Assembly (NCBI RefSeq): GCF_902459465.1
Contig: NC_047070.1
Coordinates: 15,624,001-15,688,000 of the forward strand
From: Asterias rubens
Taxonomy: Eukaryota
Length of the DNA: 64,000 nucleotides
Direction: 5' to 3'
Shown: positions 50,781 through 61,372 of the stretch, piece after piece
Numbering within the stretch: the first letter of the stretch is position 1
How the letters are laid out: each line of letters opens with the position of its first letter
Notes under the pieces: model-generated
What the model was told of the DNA's origin: nothing
Databases searched by the model: none
The model's input: only the letters and a program-made list of their open reading frames with translations
Made by a program: the position numbers and the translations under genes

Positions 50781-51482
50781 GTTTGGGGATGGGGGCGGGG
50801 GGGGGGTAGTAAATGCAATCAAAATACCCTAACGCAGATTTAGCTTCAAATTTAAATCTGTTTTCTTCGTCTTTGTTATTAATATATGTTTAAAGGGAAG
50901 TGTTAAGGAACCAAGTTTGTTATGTATGTCCGGTCAGATTTTATAATTCCAACTTCGACTATATATTTTTGACAAGGATACTCCGTTAAAGGACGAGTTC
51001 ATGCCACTTACTTTGCAATAATGTGTATATGGGTAGCCCTAAACACACATAACATATTATTCCTTGTAGCACGACATAGGCCCTTATAGGCGTATGTTGT
51101 TCCATATCTGAAGCTTCAATAGCAAGACAGATAATAAGAAATAAGAATAATCATTAACGTGTCTGGCAAACATCCATTGGGTGACATGTGATGATGTCTT
51201 GATATGCATGAATTTGATTCAATGTGATTGTGCGCACCATGTCGTATCTACATCACATCTCTCAGTAGTTACCTGTGAGATTGATTCCATTCTAGAATTG
51301 TTTGAACTGTCTCGTTCTTTAGTTGCTGAAGCGGAATGGAAAAGTTCGTAATAAGCGAAAACCTCCACTATATGCCAAATAAGTTAACATCTTGGAGAAA
51401 ATATAGAGCGATAATTGTTTGGCATCATTTTATGGATACGGAAGTTGTGTGTTTTGAGCTTTGGACTCGTTTAACATTCTAA

Positions 51483-51608
51483 GGCCGTGTCCGAAACGGC
51501 GACTTCGGCTACAACTACGGCTAGATCGCGCGCGTCTGCCTATTCTTCAACACTGGTAGACGCGCTGATCTAGACGTAGCTGTAGCCGAAGTCGTCGTTT
51601 CGGACAGC
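51483..51608. mobile_element. Small MITE (PIF/Harbinger-like, tentative)
   Basis: Inverted arms GTCCGAAACGGCGACTTCGGCTAC / GTAGCCGAAGTCGTCGTTTCGGAC; GGCC terminus after TAA. Confidence 0.7.
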
Positions 51609-51800
51609 TTGATCTTATTCTTAAGTTCCTGACATCTTTGAATTGTTCCCAAATGTTGCGTATACTGATTCCCTTCAAACTTACGTTATCAAAACTGACC
51701 ACACTACTTCTCTTCCAACCTCTAATTGGGTATTTGAATGGAGGGAAGACAGTTGTTATTTGACAACGAAAGGTAAATTCTTCATTTTATAAGAAAACCT

Positions 51801-51838
51801 TTCCGGGTCAGTGGGTCAGGCTGACCTGTGACCCGGAA
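51801..51838. promoter_or_regulatory. Palindromic cluster of four nuclear-receptor half-sites (DR2 + IR3/ERE-type + DR1)
   Basis: GGGTCA gt GGGTCA ggc TGACCT g TGACCC at 51805-51834, flanked by TTCC/GGAA. Confidence 0.4.
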
Positions 51839-52395
51839 TCCGAGTCAATTCTGACCCGTAATCGTGTTTAGAGTTAGTGTATTGTGTTCATCATAGGTGG
51901 GTGGTATTTGTATAGTCACTATATGTATCATTGAATCCTTCGAAGTTCCTACTCCAGAGTGATAGAACCTGTTGAAAAATTGCAAGATTCTTTTTGTATC
52001 AGCAGGATCAGATCACATTTCATACGACATCACAATAAAAGAATAATTTCATCTGTAAGAATGGGCAGTCAGATTTCTAGATGTGACATATCTTTTATGA
52101 TGGTTCAAAGTGTGCAGGCGATACACTGGGGTGTCAGTCCCACCATTTCCGGGTGTGTTATAGCCCCATACTTTGTGAACGAATACAGATAACATACACA
52201 CTTTAGAATATTGTGCTGCATCAAATTACCAGCCAAGATGGATTCAAAAAGGAACGTGACTGAACAAGCACAAATCTGTTTTGAGGTGCTTCCGGGAGAA
52301 ATCAACTACATTCAGATTTTGTATCTCATTTGCGCGCATGCTTGCGGAGGTTGAGAGGGGACTGGAAATAGGCAGTTGCTATCCTTCCTTCTTAA

Positions 52396-52696
52396 AGACA
52401 CTGGACAATATTGGTAATTACTCACAACAAATGTAAGCATACAAACTTAATTGGTAACGGACAGCTGGTGATAGTAACGTAGATTTTGAGAAAGAGCTAA
52501 TTTCTCACTTTATCAATAGTAAATACATCAGTATTTCATTATGCATCTGAAAGCAGTGTGTTTTTTCTTTCATTATTTTCGTGCAACTTTGATGACCAAA
52601 TTGAGCCTACTTTTTCACAGGCTTGTTATTTTATGCATTATGTTAGGATGCGCCAGTGAGAATACTGGCCTTTGAAAATCCCAAAGGTGTCCATGC
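52396..52696 (+). mobile_element. MITE family A, older internally deleted copy
   Basis: TTAA|AGACACTGGACAATATTGGTAATT start; degenerate GGTGTCCA end. Confidence 0.7.
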
Positions 52697-53543
52697 TAAA
52701 GTAGTTTGCATTGTCAATTAACACACAGGGATCACTCACTTGAGCATAATGTGTATTAACAGTGCGATCAAGTTTTGGAAGAATCAGTTGTGTTTTATGA
52801 CAGTAAACACACTATTCTATAATATGACGATTACCTTCGTTTAAGAAGACCGATTCTCAGAAATCCAGTTTGTTTTCAATAACTAAAGCATCACTCAACG
52901 CGACGTAAATGCCACACAAACAAACCTCGCAGAGGTTTCCAATCCTTGCTGACTTACTGAGTGTCAATAAATAATTATTAAATCGTTTCACAAACCAAAA
53001 CGAAACCCTACAAATGTTTTTAAATAACTAGAACCGCCTGTTTTTTAAGGAATAATACTGGCAAAAGAGGGGGTTAAGTCAGCTACCCTGACGTCCGGCA
53101 CCTTGGTAACAGTTTTTTTTAAAGCGACTCGTGTTGGTAATGTAGCAAACATCGCGAGCTTGTTATGATCAAATAAAAGACTTGAAGTCCAATGTACACA
53201 TTAACGCCACTTATCTCGTAGGACATCCTTCGGAAAGATATTTGACTTGCACCCAGCATATACAAACCCTGTGTGAGATTTCTTCATACTAATATATATA
53301 ATTAGCAAACTGGGTGTGTAAAGATATTAAGTTCTTTATCACCAATAACGTACATTAATACCTATATTTAAAATAGGTTTTGTTTTGAGTACATCCAAGC
53401 AAAGTCCCCCTTTGTTAAGATCTTATTTCAGTGTAAACTTCTTTCTATAATGATGTATGCAAGCAGCGACTATTTATCTCCAATATTTATCTAATACACA
53501 ATGGAATACGAGGGAGTACTCAAATCTGGATAATTTTTCCAAA

Positions 53544-53563
53544 GAATCACAAATATATATATA
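53544..53563. repeat. (TA)n microsatellite
   Basis: About 10 TA units. Confidence 0.9.
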
Positions 53564-56500
53564 TATATATATACCTTAAATGTCAATACAATAGCTCTGC
53601 TGTTCACTCTCTTCCTGTTCTCAGTTGTTGAGCCCCTATTCAATATTTTGATAACCTTTTAAAGTTGTCATTTTTGTCCTTTATTCAATTCATTTTCCGA
53701 AGCATTGTATTTAATTTGGAATGATTATATAGAAGGCAAGCGTACTTGGAACTGCATCGGAAGTTCTGACTTTGGCTTCATTTCTGGCTAAGGCTTCGAC
53801 AGACACAGTAAGTCATTGCATGAGCAACAGCCGAAGCCTTAGTCATGTATATGTGACAAACCATTATGGATAGAGACACACAGAACAATTCAGTCCTGAT
53901 ACTAACGGTTTACTTCACAAGAGGGCGTGTGACCAATACTGGTGCATGCTCTTTAGCGATTAACTGAACGGATAAAAACATAAATATTTTGTTTAAGAAG
54001 TTGAGATAAGACCACAATGGTAAATAAGTTTGTTCCCTTGGGGCACGCATCATGATAATATGTTGATAGACATAAAATATCACTGCTAATCCCACCCTTG
54101 TTATTTGTTTCCGAGAAGTTGGGTTCCGTCTCTGCAAGATGGAGGTAATGCCATGGGAGTCTGGTAAGCCTGAGGGCCCGGGCTGTAAGAGATGTAGATG
54201 GCGGAAACGTTATGCTCCGGCAGGGGACAGTCAGATTAATAAGATAAGGAATTATATTAAGTAAATCTTTGTTTATTCATTCAGAAAAAAAAGATATGTC
54301 TTTGAAAAGGACCATAGATTTTTAGTTATTTCCTGCAAACAACTTTTAGCCTTCTTGCGATAAGTCTATTGCTCTTTAAAAATAAATTGAACCAAAATGC
54401 AAAACCGAAAATGTAACTTAGTTTTCTTTATTTCGGTTCTTAATTAATTTCAAGTTCTTATTCATTTCAATTCGTTTATTCATCATTAGAATTCCATTAT
54501 TGTCCTCAATTGAATTTAGTTTCCAGTACATGGCATGTATACGTGTTATATAGTTTGGTCACACACATAAAGTAGTAAACACCGTAATCAAAAATTATAA
54601 CAGATTTTTAACATTATTTCTGATCGATTCTTAGCCTCGCGTTTGTATAATCACCAACATCTAGAGGCAACGATCTTTCAAGCTGCCTGTAGTTAGGAGA
54701 AAGGTGTTGTTGTTTTTTGTTTCGATGGGCTGCCCGATGCCCGATAAATACCAGTGAAGTAGCCTGTTATTATTGAGATAAACACAAATACCTATTTGTC
54801 TATATATAGAGTAAAGTTTACTGTAAACAACCATGACGTACCTGGCTCGTTCCAGTTTCTACCTGTCGGTAGTTGATTAAGACGAACGGCTAGTGTCAAT
54901 GTCACTTAGTCAAAACAATAATCTCGTTGATTCATCTAGCCGACCTTGATATCAAACCTTATTATAAAATTATTTCTGCATCAACGTGATACTGATGACA
55001 ACTCGGAATTTGGCTATAGGGTTTTAATACCTTAGAGGCCTTGACGCGAATCCATACTCAGTGTGACCGGCTCTACAAAAACGGGTATTAAGGGACAAAA
55101 TAAGTAAATTGAGTTACATACACAGCTGATGTTATTATAAGCTTTATTTTGGGATAGGTTTGAACCCTGTGGCATTTTGCGTTCTGGAGATATACTGATA
55201 TTTGCATATTCATATTTTACAATTTAATGAAAGTGCCTTCAGAGATACAGCTCCTTAAACCTAGCAAAATTTAAGGGAAGGTACCTAAAATTGATACAAA
55301 AACCCTATGAATAAAATATGGAAGTATGTATGCAATAGAAGCCAATAAACCAAGAAAGACAAAATCATGTTTTGAAAATATTTTTAGAAGTTTTAGCTTC
55401 ATTAGTCGTCGAGTTTTTGAGATAATTATTTTTTGAAAATCACAGAGCAAGCAGGAGAGTCTCTTAAATCCGTTGTACGTGTGTCAAACTAATTTTCGTG
55501 AGATCGTTTTTCATTTCTCAAAAACTAAAGCACCAGCAAGTTACGTTATTTATAAGGGAAGCTTTCAAACCGTGTAAACTAAATGTAAATCTGTGGACGT
55601 TAGTATTTTGTGTCGTTAAATAAGTTACTCAAACCCGTTAATACCTGAGACAGCTGGGTAAAAGGCCTAATTCAAATATTTAAGAAGAAAATTTCCGATC
55701 ATACACCAACAATATTTCACTTCTGAAGTGCCTCAACCAATTAGAAATATTTGCTGATACTTTAATAATGCTTTTAAAAAAAATCAAGTTGGCGGTTAAG
55801 CCTCGCGGGTGACCTACTTTGACTTGAAACGCAATGGCATTAACTGTGAGATTTTATCATACTCATTCATAATCATATCATTTTTTTTTTTTTTTTTTCG
55901 CAGAAAAGTACACGGTAAAGGTGTAATACTGATACATACACATGTCAACAATAGTTATGTTTTTATATACAACTTTTTATAATGTAAATTATTGTATCAT
56001 GGAGTTCTACCTTCATTGTTGTATTGAACGCATGATATAGTGTTTTAATGACGGAACTGTATCTGCTTTGCACACACAATTTTGTTTGTCTTTTTGGAGC
56101 TATTTCCTAACCCAATAACTCCCTTTAATTCCAACTGGATTATTCTAAGAGAAGGCACCGATATCAAACGAGCCTCTCTATACTTTGATTTTGAGTAAAT
56201 CTTTGCCCTCGTCTCAAGCGCGGACCTGTTGTTATCTCAATCAACAGTACAGGTGAGATAAGCATCAGAGAGGAAAATTAAGCATGCCCCAGATAAAGAG
56301 GACTCCATCTCTCCCAACTAGAGTCCCAATCTAATAACTGTGTGCTTTTCATATCGTTCTTCAATAAAGGGAATGAGGTTAATAGGCACACGGGGCTGCA
56401 ATTGAAGACTGCCCTATGGCGATTACACCTATTGATTAGTCCAAGCTTCAGACTTGAGGGGAATCGAATGTGAATCAAATTTGAAAAATAAGAGACGTAA

Positions 56501-58029
56501 ATTGGGAAAATATAAAGAGAAAAAACTGTGTCAACAAGTTTGGGATCCGTATTACAAGACATTACGTTGTTTTTCTTCGTGGGTAATTTGCGCAAATACC
56601 AGTATAATCTTATTAGAAGACTAACTTTGAAGGTTTTTACAGGACGCAATTCTCAAATGTTGTGTAATAAATGACGTTATTTGAATGGAGAAACTAATTT
56701 ATAAATAGTAATGTCAGTATTCTCTTTTAGTTTGATAAGATGGAAGTCAGATCCTTGAGTGCCTTCAGAAAGTATTTGCCAAGAAAAATAAGATAATCAC
56801 ATCCGCTAAAATGTTTAATGACTCCATTAGTTTGTCTACTTGTCTCTGGCCATCTACTGAACCCACGTCCTGGCATTTTGGAAGGACACACAAGGCAATT
56901 TGTACCGTGAAATGAGCGCGCAGAATGTGTCATGTCCCACAGTCTGCAAGGTGTGCGCACCCGTTAAAAAAGTAATAAACTTTGATGGACAAGTACATCC
57001 TGGTCGACACGTCTCTGCGATTACGATCACGCCAGTTGGCGCCCAGGGCCCTTCAAAAGCAACCCGACGGACTCTTACGCTGTCTCAACTTTCATTGTTT
57101 TATTAAAAGCGAATCGGAGACGGAATATTATTTCTACGGGCCGTGCCTTTGGACTCAGCGTGACTGACCTGTCATTAAAGCCGTGGTTTGAAGCTGTAGC
57201 ACCCATTAACTCACCTGATAGGTCCACCTTTGATTTCTGTGGATCGGTTATTTTTTTTAATGACTAAAAGTGATGGCTGAATTTTGATCTTTGGTAATTG
57301 GATTTGCGTTCCATGTATCGATATCATTCCGATTTATTCCCACGTCTCCGTTTATTTGACCATCGTGCTAAAGACCTAACGCTTGAAAAATCTTGTTGTT
57401 GAAAATCCATTCTGCAAAGTTTGGAATAATGGTCTTTGACAAACACATACGTATAGGATAATAATGTTTGGTTGTTAAAATACCTGTTTGGCTTTATCGT
57501 AAATCACGTAAATCAAGAGTTTATTTTTGTCTTTTTGGTCGCCACTTGCTGATGTGAAACGTAACAATGCAGTGTGTGCCTTTGACCATGAACATTAGTT
57601 CTTAGAAAGAAAAAAACATTTCAAATTCATTTTTTAACAAGAACAAAAACAACTTACCATGCTTTCGTTGTATTTATTGTGTTTTAACAAAATAATGATA
57701 AACTGTTTTTATCCGCGTCTTTACAAACCTCCGGCTCAAACGGGAATTTTTTGTAATTCCTTCATTTGATTAAAATATAATTGAAACTCTGTAGAATCTT
57801 TTTAGAAATGCATGTGATTTTTCACCTGCTGATCCTTATCCTTATCAGAAAGAAATGATCCATTTATCCCCTTTAGGTTAGTATTGAATGCACCAATAAT
57901 AAGGAATTTAATGTTAATTTCATAATATCCAACATCAACACTTGCGTACCTGGGAAATTCGTAAAATATACACTGGGATTTTCGAACAGTTCAGAAATTA
58001 TTTCAATACAGTGTTTCCGTAGAGTATAA

Positions 58030-58445
58030 CTCCACTGCACAGTGCTCAGATTTCAAAATGAGGGTATATGTATAAAGATATGTTAATAAACAGTACTTTT
58101 CACCATATATGCAAATAATTATCAAGGAATAGTTTCTGCTAAGTGTTCCAGTTATTTGCATACAGTAGTTCTGTATATTAGATTAATTCCACTGCCCAGT
58201 GCTCAGATTTCATTGTGCTAATAGAGGGTATATTTAAATAAATTTTTATTGAGAGTTTAGAACAGTTGAGAAAATGTATTTTATACTGTAACTTCACTGC
58301 ACAATGCTCATATTTCAGAGCATAGAAGGTTATAACGATATGTTAGCAATACGGTTTTTCACCAGATGCAATTTTAATTGCATCTGGTGAAAAACCAATA
58401 AATAAATTGCATCTGGTGAAAAACCAATAAATAATTTCTGCTCAG
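58030..58445 (+). repeat. Diverged three-unit repeat ending in an inverted-plus-direct triplication
   Basis: CACTGC.CA.TGCTCA.ATTTCA at about 58032, 58190 and 58294; 21-bp arms at 58353-58373, 58376-58396 and 58405-58425. Confidence 0.85.
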
Positions 58446-58774
58446 TAGGGCCTATGCCCAACAACACAGAGTGTGTTTTTATTCACATTAAAAAAAGGGG
58501 GGGGGGGGGAAATGCTCTTTGGCACCCTTTAATGTTGAAGCAAATTCAACACTACACAAATAATGCCTCGTGTATGGATAGTTATTCATTCGTAGATTGT
58601 TCTGATCGGGTTTCCTATTGATGGGAAGTTACAAACATTATAAAGAAGTCATGTATTAACTTAAAGGGTGCAACAAAGTCAAATGTCTTACCAGTATTAT
58701 TTCAGGAGTTTCGTTTAACATATATGACCTTCTTCATCACGGTACAGGACTGAGATTACCCAGAGGTCACACAG

Positions 58775-58908
58775 GTATTGACCTTTGCTGCCCTGGTCTT
58801 AGCCTTGGTGCTTCAAAAGTTTCCCATATAATTTTATATTTTCAAATGGAAGTGCCCTTTGCAAAATTAAAATGGCCTTGCCCTCTTATTGGGCAAAATT
58901 CCAGGCCC
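58775..58908 (+). repeat. Repeat family D fragment
   Basis: CCCTGGTCTTAGCCTTGGTGC...GGCCTTGCCC...AAATTCCAGGCC; similar to 23415-23563. Confidence 0.4.
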
Positions 58909-59473
58909 GTAGTAATTTTAGTATATTCGGAGTACCTCAAATGTTCAATATTATAGGATTTGCTGCATTCAAATTACTATCTAGATCACCGCCACTGTAC
59001 ACACCCATAACTCGGACAGTGTTGTTGAATAGGGGGCTAAACTAGGTCTGTTTTATAGCACTTGTCCGGACAATAAATTGAAAAGTCTTTATTATTGTTT
59101 CATTTACATTTCGGTCACGACATTAGTTGTTATTTATTGAAGGAAGATTCAGTTACAAGCTTGTGTTCATAAATAAGGAAGAAAAAACACAGTAGAAACT
59201 CTTTATTTCCTACCATAATATCATTGTGATTGTGTTTTTTAGAATATGCGGCACACTCCACTGAGTCGTTTTGTGCCAGGGGTCATTTTTGTCTTGTGCG
59301 TCATCCCCTGTGTCCACTTAGCTCTAGTTTGGTTTCCTGTTGTCTGATGCATTCAAATTGAGACTAATTGTCACTGTAATGCAATACAAAGTTATAATGT
59401 ACAATGAGTATAAGGCTATTACATGATATAACAAAGAAGAATTGTGCAACAACAAAAAATCAGCATTTGCGTG

Positions 59474-59594
59474 TCAACCAATGACGTGATACAAACCATG
59501 GTACGTATCCTTGTGGTAACAAATGACATGACAAAGTATTGCTCAACCAATGAGTAAATTGGTTTCAGTATTGCCCTGTCAACCAATGACGTGA
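59474..59594. promoter_or_regulatory. Cluster of CCAAT/CRE composite motifs
   Basis: TCAACCAATGACGTGA at 59474 and 59579; TCAACCAATGA at 59543; ATTGG at 59558. Confidence 0.35.
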
Positions 59595-59751
59595 AACCAA
59601 AACTTTACATGGTTCGAACGTTCCCTAGTTGTTACTTGATAGTAATCCTTCAGAGACCAGCGATATCTGCCTACAGGGTTAATAACGTACCTCTCTCCGT
59701 CATTGTATACGTGCTTTTTGTTTGGTAAACTGAATGTATATAGCATTTTAA

Positions 59752-60065
59752 GGCACTAGATTATCTTGATAATTAATCAAACAAACAGTCAGGAGCTTTT
59801 TAATAGTGTATAACACAACGTGAGAAACGGCTCCCTCTGAAGTAAACGTAGTTCTTGAGAAAGATGTAATTTCCCACTCATATATTTAAAGACTGAAGCC
59901 TTTTATGTGACATCTGGAAGCACACACATGTGCAACGATGGTGTTTTTCTGTCTTTGTTTTCTTGGAACTCCGGCGACCAATTGAGTCCAAATGTTCACA
60001 GGTTTGTTATTCAATGCATATGTTGTGATACACCAAGTGAGAATTCTAGCCTTTACATACTTACG
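59752..60065 (+). mobile_element. MITE family A, older diverged copy
   Basis: Core GTGAGAAACGGCTCCCTCTGAAG and right-half homology (GACCAATTGAGTCCAAATGTTCACAGG). Confidence 0.7.
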
Positions 60066-61200
60066 ATGGTACTCGAAAAGCATTATATTCGAAGATTTGT
60101 AGCTTGAGGGGGCTATTGCACCGTCTGGCTTTACAAGATGAACAGCTAAATGTGTATTATTGAAAAATCATACATTAATTTTGACGACAGCGCCCTCAAT
60201 AATACTGGGAAGAAGGCTGTTCTGAAGTTCGCAATCGAAACGAAACACAGAAAGTTAACTGCGTATAGCTCCCTCAGTTGTCGAGATAGATACATGAAAC
60301 GGAGAGAGAGCAAACAGGGAAACTTCACTAAGCATAATATTGGTCATGGGTATGAAATAAGGAGTGCGCCCTCTCTGCCATCCAGCGCTCACTCAAAGAG
60401 AGCGTCCTCGTAATGAGGCTATCTAGCCTGAACATCTGACTCGGAGTTCTTTGTTGAGCCCACATACATAGTCACCCTTGACCTCGCATCATTTCACATG
60501 ACCGTCATAAAATTCGCAATTAAATCCAACATAAAAGTGTGAACATAAACCAATACCCGTCATTGGTCTTGCGAATAGGGACAGGGGACCAGTCTGCAGT
60601 CTATTTAACCAGTAATATGTTCGCTTGTCCCATCGTCCCGTCGTCCTGTTTAAGAAAGGTCTGACTTTCTCGTTGTGATAAGTTATCGTAAACAAAAATC
60701 GAACAGTTAGTAGAGCACTGTATTATTTTGTGAAAATTGTTACGGTAACTTCAAACAATATGCCGAGTGGATTGTCCATGTTAAGCTTTCCGAAGAATTC
60801 CCAAAGTATTTCCGATGGATTCACGTAATTGCAAGATATGTTAACCCTGAGACCTATTCTACGCAAGCAATCTGTCATAATGTATCATGCACCACGTGAT
60901 GTTGATATGTACGTAATTTGAGTCAATTGCCGACAACCCCAAGCCCAACGCCCACTCGTTGCAAGCTGAAAATCAGGACCGTCCCCATATTGTTATGTGT
61001 TAATCGCAACGCTCAACCCCCTTAGATGACGTTCGAATTGTGAAAGAAAATGTTTTCAGCCCCTGGATATCGCGAAATTAGGAACTCCATAAGGGTTTGA
61101 ATCTAGATCAATTTGTTGGTTGGGTAATTGGAATTCACCTCCTGCAATAATGTCGAGACTTTGTGGATTACCAACATATAGCACTGTACCTGTACCATCA

Positions 61201-61372
61201 GGGCCCAGTTTCATAGTAATGCTGAAAAAAATCTGCTAAGCAACAATGAGCATGGTACCAGTCACAAATTGTTGTGACAGGGTAGTTTGACTGGTAACCC
61301 ATACTCTGGTAGGCGTAATTTTGTCATGCCTAACTACTTGTTGTGCTTAAGCAGCTCTTTGAAATTGGGCCC
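61201..61372. mobile_element. MITE family C
   Basis: TIRs GGGCCCAGTTTCA / TGAAATTGGGCCC; related to the 49205 copy. Confidence 0.7.
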
